A stretch of DNA of 64,000 bases from Candidatus Campbellbacteria bacterium RIFOXYC2_FULL_35_25 (GCA_001774495.1 MFAE01000002.1:42372-106371); one strand, 5' to 3'; shown: positions 50,474 through 60,144, counted from the first letter of the stretch. Numbers and translations: made by a program. Notes: generated from the sequence alone by a model not told the origin.

Positions 50474-51385
50474 ATGTTTATAACAAATACAAAAAGAATA
50501 ATAAAAGCAGCCCTAGTAAATTTTTGGAGAAATAAGACAGTTTCCATGTCAGCTGTTTTGGTAGTTTCTATTACCTTGCTTGTTTTTGGTTCTCTTATTT
50601 TTAGCAATGCGGCACTAGACTCTGTTTTATTACAATTGAAAGACAAAGTTGATATTAATGTTTATTTTACCGTTGATGCTGGTGAGGAAGATATCCTAGA
50701 ATTAAAAAAATCTCTAGAAAGTTTTCCTGAAGTAGAGTCTGTTGAGTATGTTTCTAGGGAAATGGCTCTTGAGAATTTTAGAAAAAATCATGAAAATGAT
50801 CAAACAACTCTTGAGGCCTTGGATGAACTCGGAGATAACCCACTAGGGGCTACTTTAAATGTTCAAGCTAACGAAACAGATCAATATGAAAGTATTGCGA
50901 AATTCTTGGGTGAAAATAGTAGTTCCTCGTCCATAATAGACAAGGTAAATTATTATCAAAATAAATTAGTGATTGATAGGCTGACAAAGATAATAAGTAA
51001 TACCGAACGAGTCGGTTTTGTTGTTACTTTAATTTTAATTATTATTTCAATAATAATTACCTTTAATACTATTCGCCTCGCTATTTATATTGCCAAGGAG
51101 GAAATTTCTGTAATGATGTTGGTTGGGGCAAGTAATCGATATGTTAGAGGCCCGTTTGTTATAGAGGGGGTTTTGTACGGGATTATTTCTTCGGCTCTTG
51201 CTTTAATTATATTTCTTCCAGTTACTTTCTACTTAGGTTCTTTTACTGAAAAGTTATTAGGAGTGAATGTCTTTGAATATTACCTAACTAATTTTTTTCA
51301 TATTTTGCTCATACTTTTAGTTTCGGGTGTCTTCTTGGGTGTTTTCTCAAGTTACTTAGCGGTAAGGAAGTATTTAAAGGTTTAA
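50474..51385 (+). CDS. ftsX: Cell-division permease FtsX
   Basis: NFWRN, NPL, NTIRLAIY...EI.VM.LVGAS..YVRGPF.IEG. Confidence 0.93.
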   Translation: MFITNTKRIIKAALVNFWRNKTVSMSAVLVVSITLLVFGSLIFSNAALDSVLLQLKDKVDINVYFTVDAGEEDILELKKSLESFPEVESVEYVSREMALENFRKNHENDQTTLEALDELGDNPLGATLNVQANETDQYESIAKFLGENSSSSSIIDKVNYYQNKLVIDRLTKIISNTERVGFVVTLILIIISIIITFNTIRLAIYIAKEEISVMMLVGASNRYVRGPFVIEGVLYGIISSALALIIFLPVTFYLGSFTEKLLGVNVFEYYLTNFFHILLILLVSGVFLGVFSSYLAVRKYLKV

Positions 51386-51419
51386 ATAGCATTGAACCCC
51401 CTTCTTTGCAGAAGGGGGT

Positions 51420-51608
51420 TTAACCATTTGGCCATATGGCCTTTTTCTCTCTGTACGATTTAAAGAAGTGAGCTGAACATAAAAATAACCCGGTAAAAAC
51501 GAAACCCGCAATCCATGGATGCTTAAAGAAAAGCAACAGTCCTCCTAATCCAAGGGATAGGACAAGGAAAACAAGTCCAAAATTTAGGTCTCCTTTGCAG
51601 TCAATCAT
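51420..51608 (-). CDS. Small orphan membrane protein (SD-class)
   Basis: GAGGAGG SD before MIDC; terminator ~51395-51420. Confidence 0.55.
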   Translation of the reverse strand: MIDCKGDLNFGLVFLVLSLGLGGLLLFFKHPWIAGFVFTGLFLCSAHFFKSYREKKAIWPNG

Positions 51609-51816
51609 TCTCGCCCTCCTCGTCTGACTCATCTGCTTCGACGAGACTTTTGTTCTCGTAAGAAGAAACAGCTAATATTCCTCCAATAAAAATTATAGCG
51701 ATTGAGGCGCCTCTATCCTTTTCAGAGTCTTCTTCGCCGAAAAATATGCCGGATAATCCGATTAAAATGAAAACGATTCCCAGTAAGACTTTGCCATTTA
51801 TTTTATATTTCCCCAT
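51601..51816 (-). CDS. Small orphan membrane protein (SD-class)
   Basis: GAGGAG SD before MGKY; TTGAAT-N16-TATACT. Confidence 0.55.
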   Translation of the reverse strand: MGKYKINGKVLLGIVFILIGLSGIFFGEEDSEKDRGASIAIIFIGGILAVSSYENKSLVEADESDEEGEND

Positions 51817-52065
51817 CCTTTTTCTCCTCACTACTTGTTTTTGTTGAGAAAACTGTTTCTAATCAGAGTATAACAGGATTTTCTGTTGATTCAAACAAAA
51901 AAGAGATATTCATACAAGTGAGCAAGAAAATACTTGATTTTTTGTCCGTAAAAAGCTTTAATCATAGTTATATTATAAGATCGTTTAATCTCGTAGCAGA
52001 TCATTTCGCCGGATCGTCGAAGTGGTGGAAATGAAAAGCAAACTGGTTTAGTATTAATATAATAT

Positions 52066-52136
52066 TGCCGGATCGTCTAATGGTAGGACTGCGGTTTCTG
52101 GTACCGCCAATCTAGGTTCGAGTCCTAGTCCGGCAG
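52066..52136 (+). tRNA. tRNA-Gln(CUG)
   Basis: Acceptor TGCCGGA/TCCGGCA, anticodon arm GCGGT-TTCTGGT-ACCGC. Confidence 0.96.
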
Positions 52137-52564
52137 CAACAAATAAAAACAACAGCTTTTAGCTGTTGTTTTTATTTGTTTTGATGCCGAGACTAGCAAG
52201 GTACCTGCGTACATTGCGTAGGATTCGAACAGGCGGAGGCTTGTCGCACGGAGCGAAGCGAGTACGACAGCCGAGCCGAGCCTACGAACACTTAGGCTTT
52301 TGGAGTGCGAAGCACGAACAAAAGACTTAGTGATTCGGAGGTCGAGTCCTAGTCCGGCAGCATAAGATCGTTAGACCCTGAGTGATGAGCTTAGGGTCTT
52401 ATTATTTTACCTGACGGACTAGGACTCGAAAAGAGCGAAATATATTTTTTCGTAATGAAGTGAAGAAAAAAATTTGAGCGACGTGACGACGAGTTCTTAA
52501 CAAAAATGAGTCCACAGGATGAAATTTTTGTTTAGAACTGGAAGTCGAGTCCTAGTCCGGCAGC
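52137..52564 (+). repeat. Two tandem tRNA-3'-anchored structured elements (Gln)
   Basis: Antisense copies 52181-52230, 52411-52430; sense copies 52342-52362, 52545-52564. Confidence 0.85.
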
Positions 52565-52646
52565 TTTGGAAAGAAATCAAAATGATTGGTGTGGGGGGGG
52601 GTGAAAATCCTAGTCTCATAACATCCCCCTATGATATAATTTCAAC

Positions 52647-53057
52647 ATGAAAATATTTATTATTTGCAGTAAAAATTTTTACGATAAAATCCCAGGTATT
52701 GAAAAGACATTGGAAGAAAATGCTCACATAATAACTTTACCTAATTGTTTTAAAGATCCTGCTACTGAAGGAAGATTTCGAGACCTTGGAAGAGAAGAGC
52801 ATTCTAAATGGAAAGCCGAAAAGTTAAGACATAGTAGTGATGTTATTGAAAATAATGATGCCGTGCTTGTTCTTAATTTTGAAAAAAATGGTATGAGCAA
52901 TTATATTGGAGGTGCCACTTTTTTAGAAATGTATGACGCCTTTAGATTGAGCAAAAAAATATTTTTATATAACGATATTCCCGAAGGAATTTTGAAGGAT
53001 GAAATTATTGGTTTTAATCCAATACTTATTGGTGGTGATTTGAGTGTTATTAATTAA
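52647..53057 (+). CDS. Nucleoside 2-deoxyribosyltransferase-like fold protein
   Basis: KIFIICS, DAVLVLN....NYIGGATFLEM..AF.L.KKIFL. Confidence 0.55.
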   Translation: MKIFIICSKNFYDKIPGIEKTLEENAHIITLPNCFKDPATEGRFRDLGREEHSKWKAEKLRHSSDVIENNDAVLVLNFEKNGMSNYIGGATFLEMYDAFRLSKKIFLYNDIPEGILKDEIIGFNPILIGGDLSVIN

Positions 53058-53116
53058 TTTCTCCCCCAAAACAGAAAATACTTGCCTTCATAGATAATAT
53101 GATATAATAAAACTAT

Positions 53117-54055
53117 ATGAAAAAAACCATTATTATCCTTTTAGCTATTATTCTTATAGGCGCAGGCGTATATTTCTTTTTTATTAAAAGTTCTTCTGAT
53201 AGTGTCGTTATCAGTAACGAGAATGAAACCGCTGATCTCATTCATTCCGAGGGGAGTGACGAAACAGGTGACCAGGTAGAGGGGCAGACAAATGAGCCTC
53301 AAGTCGATGAGAGTAAAACTGTCATAGGAAAATCTGTTGATGGTCGCAACATCACTGCTTATCATTATGGTAGTGGTGATACAGAACTGCTATTCATTGG
53401 TGGTATCCACGGAGGATACTCTTGGAATACAGCCCTAGTTGCATATGAGTTAATGGACTACTTAGAAGGAAACCCTAGTTTGATCCCTGACAATGTTAAA
53501 GTAACTGTGATTCCTGTATTAAATCCTGACGGGTTAAGCAAGGTTGTTGGTACTGCTGGGCGCTTTGCTTCAACAGATGTTCCTTCTTTACAAGAAAAAA
53601 CAATCCCAGGACGTTTTAACGCAAACGAAGTGGACCTTAACCGTAACTTTGATTGTGATTGGCAGTCTACTGGTAAATGGAACAGCACGACTGTCAGCGG
53701 AGGAAACACAGTCTTTTCTGAACCAGAAAGTTTAGCTATAAAAAATTATGTAGAAACCCGCAAGCCGACGGCTGTTGTAGTTTGGTATAGTGCTGTCGGA
53801 GGAGTATTTTCTTCAAGTTGTCACAATGGTATTTTAGATGAGACGCGAACAATTACAAATACTTATGCAAAGGCATCTGGCTATCCTTCCTACGAGGAAT
53901 TTGATTTTTATGAAATAACAGGGGACATGGTAAATTGGCTTGCTAAGAAAAATATTCCTGCAATTAGTGTTCTCCTTTCTACACACGAGGATATTGAATG
54001 GAGTAAAAATCTAGCAGGTATAAAGGCACTACTTAACTATTACTCTAAATTCTAA
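53117..54055 (+). CDS. M14 zinc carboxypeptidase homologue, probably inactive
   Basis: GGIHGGYS, NPDG, VDLNRNF; Zn ligands and catalytic Glu substituted. Confidence 0.85.
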   Translation: MKKTIIILLAIILIGAGVYFFFIKSSSDSVVISNENETADLIHSEGSDETGDQVEGQTNEPQVDESKTVIGKSVDGRNITAYHYGSGDTELLFIGGIHGGYSWNTALVAYELMDYLEGNPSLIPDNVKVTVIPVLNPDGLSKVVGTAGRFASTDVPSLQEKTIPGRFNANEVDLNRNFDCDWQSTGKWNSTTVSGGNTVFSEPESLAIKNYVETRKPTAVVVWYSAVGGVFSSSCHNGILDETRTITNTYAKASGYPSYEEFDFYEITGDMVNWLAKKNIPAISVLLSTHEDIEWSKNLAGIKALLNYYSKF

Positions 54056-54058
54056 ATA

Positions 54059-54949
54059 ATGAATAATTTTTTCTCTAAAAAGATTATTCTGGTTATTCTT
54101 TTGTTATTAGCAATTGGTATTGGTTCCTTTATATTTTTCACTTTGAGGGTTCACGACGCCCCAGATTTGTCTGTCGATTTAGTTGAACAAAAAGTTTTTG
54201 AAACAAAACATGAGGTGATTGGCTCTTCTGTAGAAGGAAGAAACATTGATGCTTACACCTACGGAAACGGAGAAACGCACATTGCATTTGTTGGGGGAAT
54301 CCACGGTGGCTACGAATGGAATAGTGTTCTTTTGGCTTACAAGTTTATGGATTATTTGGATGACAATCCAGATGTTCTCCCTAAAAATATAACCGTAACT
54401 GTTATTCCCTCTGCTAACCCTGATGGAGTTTATAAAGTAGTTGGTAAAGAAGGTCGGTTTACTTTTGCTGATGTGCCAGATGATGGTCTTGCTTCGGCTG
54501 GACGCTTTAATGCAAACGATGTAGACCTCAACCGCAATTTTGATTGTAAGTGGAAACCAGAGAGTACTTGGAAGGGAAATATAGTGAGTGCAGGATCAAC
54601 CGCCTTTTCTGAACCAGAAGCCAAAGCCCTTCAAGGTTTTGTTTCAAAAAATAAACCAAAAGCTGTTATTTTTTGGCACAGTCAGTCCAATGCCGTGTAT
54701 GCATCAGAGTGTGAGAAAGGGATTCTTCCTGAAACAATTGATATCATGAATACTTATTCATTTGCATCAGGTTATCAGCCAGTTAAATCTTTTGACGCCT
54801 ATGAAATTACGGGCGATGCTGAAGGGTGGTTGGCTTCGATTAATATACCTGCAATTACAGTAGAACTTAAAACTCATGAGGATATCGAATGGAGTAAGAA
54901 TTTAGCTGGTATCAAAGCACTTTTTGAATATTATAAAAACGCGAAGTAG
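54059..54949 (+). CDS. M14 zinc carboxypeptidase (MpaA-like)
   Basis: GGIHGGYE, NPDG, VDLNRNF, FWHS, TVEL. Confidence 0.88.
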   Translation: MNNFFSKKIILVILLLLAIGIGSFIFFTLRVHDAPDLSVDLVEQKVFETKHEVIGSSVEGRNIDAYTYGNGETHIAFVGGIHGGYEWNSVLLAYKFMDYLDDNPDVLPKNITVTVIPSANPDGVYKVVGKEGRFTFADVPDDGLASAGRFNANDVDLNRNFDCKWKPESTWKGNIVSAGSTAFSEPEAKALQGFVSKNKPKAVIFWHSQSNAVYASECEKGILPETIDIMNTYSFASGYQPVKSFDAYEITGDAEGWLASINIPAITVELKTHEDIEWSKNLAGIKALFEYYKNAK

Positions 54950-54996
54950 GGTAAACACCTCCTAATATTTTTCTAAAAAATTGTTATAATATATTC

Positions 54997-55965
54997 ATGT
55001 TTCATAAATTTAAAATAGCTGTTCTTCGTGGGGGATACGACCGTGAGTACGAGATGTCCATGAAAAGTGGTGGTGAAATTTTAAAAAATTTATCTTTAGA
55101 TAAATATACTGTTTATGATGTTTCTATTTCTAAAAATGGGGCTTGGTACTTAAATGGTGAACAGATTAGTCCAAATAGTATTTTGGAAAGAGTCGATTTC
55201 GTTTTTAATTCTCTTGGCTGTGGAGGAGATAACAAAAACATTGTAAGGATGCTAGAAAGTTTTGCCATTCCTTACTCCGGCTCTAACCCTATGGCTTCTT
55301 CCTTGAGTGCGAGTAAAATAATTTCAAAAAGAATTTGCGAAACCGAGGGAATAAAAACTCCTTACTACAGCACCATCAGGAGAGATGAGTATGACGAAAA
55401 GAAAAGCCACGATGTTTTTAGGGAAATCATTATGCCTTGCGTGGTTAAGCCTTCGGACAGCGGGTACTCTGTGGGAGTTCACATTGTTTCTTCCGCAACA
55501 GAACTAAAAGAAGCGATTTTAAATGTTTTCGAAATATCAGACGCTGTCTTGATTGAAGAATTAATTAAAGGTAGGGAAATAACCTGTGGAGTAATCGAAA
55601 ATTTTAGAGGAAATAAAAATTACTCATTATTGCCATTAGAAATTTCTACCCCTGATGAGTTTAATTTTTTAAATCATGATTTTAAGAAAGAGGGAAGTTT
55701 CGACCATACTACTCAGATCCTAACCAGAGAAGAGCGAGAAAAAATTCAGGAAATATCTTGGAAAATACATAATATTTTGAATATCCGTCATTACTCCCGT
55801 TCGGATTTTATTTTTACACCCAAGGGAGATATTTATTTCCTAGAAGTTAATTCTTCACCAGCATTGCACAAGGATTCGTTGTTCATAAAATCTTTGGAGG
55901 CTGTTGGGTCTGATTTGCCAGAATTTTTGAACCACCTAATAGAATTTGATAGAGATTTTATTTAA
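54997..55965 (+). CDS. ddl: D-alanine--D-alanine ligase family protein (divergent)
   Basis: IAVL.GG...EYEMS..SG, VVKP, IEELIKGREITC, SRSDF, LEVN. Confidence 0.75.
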   Translation: MFHKFKIAVLRGGYDREYEMSMKSGGEILKNLSLDKYTVYDVSISKNGAWYLNGEQISPNSILERVDFVFNSLGCGGDNKNIVRMLESFAIPYSGSNPMASSLSASKIISKRICETEGIKTPYYSTIRRDEYDEKKSHDVFREIIMPCVVKPSDSGYSVGVHIVSSATELKEAILNVFEISDAVLIEELIKGREITCGVIENFRGNKNYSLLPLEISTPDEFNFLNHDFKKEGSFDHTTQILTREEREKIQEISWKIHNILNIRHYSRSDFIFTPKGDIYFLEVNSSPALHKDSLFIKSLEAVGSDLPEFLNHLIEFDRDFI

Positions 55966-56018
55966 TCAAATTTTACCTAAATTTGTAATTTCATCTTTAA
56001 TATTGTATCATTTTGTTA

Positions 56019-56903
56019 ATGGATATAGAGAAATTAACAAAGGCTCAAATCGTTTTACTAACACTTCTAGTTAGTTTTGTGACTTCTATGGCTACTGGAA
56101 TAGTGGCGGTCACACTGATGGACCAAGCCCCTCCTGGGGTAACTCAGACAATACAAAGAGTCGTCGAAAGGACGATAGAAACCGTAACTCCGAACACACA
56201 GGTTATCACCGAGAAGAAAGAAGTTGTTGTTACAGAAAGAAATTTGATTGCAGGAGTTGTTGAAAAAAATTTAGAAAGCTTTGCTCGGATTAAAAAAATA
56301 GATGATGAAACTTTTACTGATTTAGGAATTTTTGTCGATAGAACCGGAATTATTTTAACTAGCAGCGAGGGTATTTTAAAGGACGGGAGTTACTACATCG
56401 TTAACAATAAAGGTGAAAATAATAGTTTAACTTTATTAGATTTAAATGCAGACAAGGGGATTGCTTATTTCCGTGTAGTGAATCCTGAGGGGAAAATATT
56501 CAAACCAATTTTTAAGACAGTGAGTATCGCCGATTCTTCACGATTAAAGTTAGGGCAGTCTGTCGCTGCATTGAGCGGAAAGGATTCAACAGAAATTTTG
56601 ACAGGGATTGTCTCAAGTTTTATTGAAATAGAATTAGCAATAAAGGACGAGGTTCCTGGTTTGGGAAATAGTGCTGAAGAAATTGATAAAGAAATAATCC
56701 CGAAAAACACAATAGCCGGTCTAAAAACTAACATTCTTGCTTCTGATATAGTAGCAGGGACCTCCCTCTTAGATTTAGAAGGAAATATTATTGGGATTAA
56801 TATTGATTCTAACAAGAGTTCATTTATTGTCTTAGATTTCGTAAATCAAGACCTACAAACTATCTCAAGTTTGAGTAAGGAAGTTGTCTCCTTGACTGAG
56901 TAA
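56019..56903 (+). CDS. Trypsin-like (HtrA-type) membrane protein, degenerate active site
   Basis: LLTLLVSFVTS.ATGI anchor; LKLGQSV.A; LLDLEG.IIGIN; no GNSGG. Confidence 0.6.
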   Translation: MDIEKLTKAQIVLLTLLVSFVTSMATGIVAVTLMDQAPPGVTQTIQRVVERTIETVTPNTQVITEKKEVVVTERNLIAGVVEKNLESFARIKKIDDETFTDLGIFVDRTGIILTSSEGILKDGSYYIVNNKGENNSLTLLDLNADKGIAYFRVVNPEGKIFKPIFKTVSIADSSRLKLGQSVAALSGKDSTEILTGIVSSFIEIELAIKDEVPGLGNSAEEIDKEIIPKNTIAGLKTNILASDIVAGTSLLDLEGNIIGINIDSNKSSFIVLDFVNQDLQTISSLSKEVVSLTE

Positions 56904-56981
56904 GTTCATTTTATTATATTGAACTTTCAGGTATTAAAAATTAAATTTACTAAAAACTATCAACTAAAAATTATCATAATT

Positions 56982-59654
56982 ATGCCCCCATTAAATCACT
57001 TAACCACAAAAGCAAAAGAAGCAATAAAAAAGGCTCATGAGTTGGCTATTGAGCGTGGGCAAAATCACGTTGGGCCGATTCATCTTTTTGCGGCTTTAAT
57101 GTTACAAGAAGAAAGCCTCGTTATTTCAATCCTAGAGAGGCTTGGGGTTGATACACTTCTGCTGACAGATTCTTTATTTGAAATGCTAGAAGAACCAGAA
57201 AGAGACTCTACACTTAGCCCTTCCTACCAAATATATTTAACACCAGAATTAGCAAAGGTTCTTGAAAATTCTACTCAAATTGCTGCGTCTATGAAAGATG
57301 AATTTATCTCCACCGAACATTTTTTGGTTTCCCTTTTAGATGCTCCAGGAAATGTTAAGGAATTAATTTCTAGATTTAAAATTGACAAGGATTCCATTGT
57401 AGATGTCCTTCAAGAAGTTCGGGAAGGGAAGATTACAGATATCAAACAACCTAAAAAATTTAAGGCATTAATTAAATTTACCAGAAACTTGACCAAACTT
57501 GCTATGGAAAACAAACTCGATCCTGTGATAGGGCGAGATGATGAAATAAGAAGAATAATCCAGATTCTCTCTAGAAGGACAAAAAATAATCCAATTCTGA
57601 TAGGGGAGGCTGGTGTGGGAAAGACCGCTATCGTTGAGGGTTTGGCATTGAGAATCACACAAGGTGACGCGCCAGAATCTTTAAAGGAAAAAGAATTATT
57701 ATCTCTTGATTTGGGTCTTTTAGTAGCGGGAACAAAATACCGAGGAGAATTTGAAGATAGGTTAAAAGCAATAATGAAAGAGGTTGAAAATTCTAACGGA
57801 AAAGTAATTTTGTTTATTGATGAGTTGCATACTATTGTTGGGGCGGGAGCATCAGAAGGTTCAATGGATGCTTCCAATATGATAAAACCGGCTTTAGCTA
57901 GAGGAGAAATGAGAGCTATTGGAGCCACCACGACGAAAGAATATCAAAAGTATATAGAAAAAGACCCAGCATTATCTAGGAGATTTCAGCCTATTTACGT
58001 AAACGAGCCATCTCTTGAAGATGCTAAGGCAATTTTGCGTGGGTTGAAAGAAAGATATGAACTCTATCATGGAGTAAAAATTACCGATGATGCTATTATT
58101 GCTGCTGTGGATTTATCTAGTCGTTATATCACAGATCGTTTTCTCCCTGACAAGGCTGTTGATTTAATTGACGAAGCTGCCTCAGCCCTAAAGATTTCTC
58201 TTGAAAATAAACCTCCTGTTTTGGAGGATGCACACCGCAAGATTATGCGTCTGGAAATTGAAAGGCAAGCGCTTAAAAAAGAAGAATTTAAGAAAAATAA
58301 AAAGAATAGTGTCCGCTTGAAAGAGATTGATAAAGAAATAAGTGACTTGCAGGAAAAGACTTCCGAAATTGAGTTAAAATGGAAGAATGAGAAGCTTGCT
58401 TTATTTGATATAAAGAAAATTAAAAAAGGACTTGAACAACTGAGAGTTGAAGCTGAGCAGGCCGAGGCAATCGCCGACTTATCTAGGGCTGCTGAGATTC
58501 GTTATGTAAAAATTCCTCAATTCGAAAAAGAACTAAAAGCCAATAACTCAAAACTTCAGAAGTTGCAAAAATCAAGAAAGATTTTGAATGAAGAAATAAC
58601 AGAAAGTGAAATCGCTGATATAGTTAGTCGGTGGTCAGGGGTTCCTGTTACTAGGATGCTGGAAGAAGAGGTAAATAAATTGAGTAGGATGGAAGAGGAG
58701 TTACAAAAAGTTGTTATTGGGCAAGACGAAGCCATTAAAAAAATCTCTGATGCTGTAAAGAGGTCTCGAGTAGGTATATCCGATCCCAATAAACCAATAG
58801 GTTCGTTTATGTTTTTGGGCCCAACAGGAGTTGGAAAAACAGAGTTAACTAAAAAATTAGCTGGGTTTTTGTTTGATGATGAAGATGCTCTGATTCGGGT
58901 TGATATGTCAGAATTTATGGAAAAACATTCAGTTTCTAAGTTGATAGGTTCTCCTCCTGGTTATATTGGACATGAGGAAGGTGGATATTTTACGGAAATA
59001 GTTCGTCACAGACCTTATTCTGTAATTTTGTTTGATGAGATTGAAAAAGCACACCCAGATGTATTTAATATTTTACTCCAAGTTCTTGATAGTGGAACAT
59101 TGACTGATGCTAAGGGACGAGCTGTTAATTTCAAAAATACTGTAATAATACTAACATCTAACATTGGATCTCAATTTATCGATAAAATGGAATCAATCGG
59201 ATTTGGTCAAAATAAAGACGACAAAGAAAATTACCGAGATGCCAAGGACAATGTCATGAAAGCTTTGAAAGATAATTTTAGACCAGAATTTATAAATCGT
59301 CTTGATGAAATAGTTATTTTTGATATTTTGTCTCCTGAGGTGATAAAGGAAATAGTTAATATTCAAATTGGTATTGTTAGAAAAAGATTGATAGAAAAAG
59401 AAATAAAATTTAATTTGTCAGAATCAATACTGTCATATTTATCCAAAGAAGGATACAACCCACAATATGGAGCGAGACCTTTAAAGAGACTAATTCAAAA
59501 TAAAATTTTAACACCCATTGCTTCTTCAATGATTGAGAATAATATGATGGTTGGAGGAAGTGTTTCAATTGATATGAAAAATGGCGAGATGGTTTTTGAT
59601 GTGAAGAAAAAGATAGTGAAGCCTAAAAAAATTACAAAATCCACAAAAAAGTAA
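56982..59654 (+). CDS. clpB: ATP-dependent chaperone ClpB
   Basis: Two AAA domains ([16 protein letters not shown]), long middle coiled coil, [10 protein letters not shown]. Confidence 0.93.
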   Translation: MPPLNHLTTKAKEAIKKAHELAIERGQNHVGPIHLFAALMLQEESLVISILERLGVDTLLLTDSLFEMLEEPERDSTLSPSYQIYLTPELAKVLENSTQIAASMKDEFISTEHFLVSLLDAPGNVKELISRFKIDKDSIVDVLQEVREGKITDIKQPKKFKALIKFTRNLTKLAMENKLDPVIGRDDEIRRIIQILSRRTKNNPILIGEAGVGKTAIVEGLALRITQGDAPESLKEKELLSLDLGLLVAGTKYRGEFEDRLKAIMKEVENSNGKVILFIDELHTIVGAGASEGSMDASNMIKPALARGEMRAIGATTTKEYQKYIEKDPALSRRFQPIYVNEPSLEDAKAILRGLKERYELYHGVKITDDAIIAAVDLSSRYITDRFLPDKAVDLIDEAASALKISLENKPPVLEDAHRKIMRLEIERQALKKEEFKKNKKNSVRLKEIDKEISDLQEKTSEIELKWKNEKLALFDIKKIKKGLEQLRVEAEQAEAIADLSRAAEIRYVKIPQFEKELKANNSKLQKLQKSRKILNEEITESEIADIVSRWSGVPVTRMLEEEVNKLSRMEEELQKVVIGQDEAIKKISDAVKRSRVGISDPNKPIGSFMFLGPTGVGKTELTKKLAGFLFDDEDALIRVDMSEFMEKHSVSKLIGSPPGYIGHEEGGYFTEIVRHRPYSVILFDEIEKAHPDVFNILLQVLDSGTLTDAKGRAVNFKNTVIILTSNIGSQFIDKMESIGFGQNKDDKENYRDAKDNVMKALKDNFRPEFINRLDEIVIFDILSPEVIKEIVNIQIGIVRKRLIEKEIKFNLSESILSYLSKEGYNPQYGARPLKRLIQNKILTPIASSMIENNMMVGGSVSIDMKNGEMVFDVKKKIVKPKKITKSTKK

Positions 59655-59862
59655 AAACCAAGGTTTAGAAAAATTACGAGGAAAGGTTAGGTCTCTGCGA
59701 AGCGCCGTGTCCGCCTCTGGCGGGGAAGAGGAGTGAGAGGCGTGGCGTCTGGTAGTAATTTTTATTCTGATTTAAAAACCTTGTTACGTAGCATGCTACG
59801 TAACAAGGTTTTTTATTTTTGGAGCAGAATTTGGTCTTCCATTTCTAAATGGAATTGATAGT

Positions 59863-60062
59863 GATTCGGTCATAAATATTTTTCCTGACGGAAAAATTTT
59901 GCGACCCCGCCTCGCGGTGCTCGCCTTGTGTTTGCAAAGCAAACACAAACTCGCACATCACTCTGGCTTTCGAATCCTACACATAAGGCAAGCAGGTGCC
60001 TTATTCTCGGCGACACTAAATATTAAAAACCCTAAGCTTTTTGCTCAGGGTTTTTAATATAG
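59863..60062 (-). repeat. tRNA-3'-anchored structured element (Tyr)
   Basis: Interrupted antisense copy 59969-60017 with CCTGC-loop hairpin; tandem-GA arm; truncated sense copy CGAATC. Confidence 0.75.
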
Positions 60063-60144
60063 TGCGCCGGGTAGGATTCGAACCTACGAAGGCTAAGCCA
60101 GCAGATTTACAGTCTGCTCTCGTTGACCGCTTGAGTACCGACGC
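60063..60144 (-). tRNA. tRNA-Tyr(GUA)
   Basis: Acceptor GCGTCGG/CCGGCGC, GCAGA-CTGTAAA-TCTGC, long variable arm. Confidence 0.96.
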
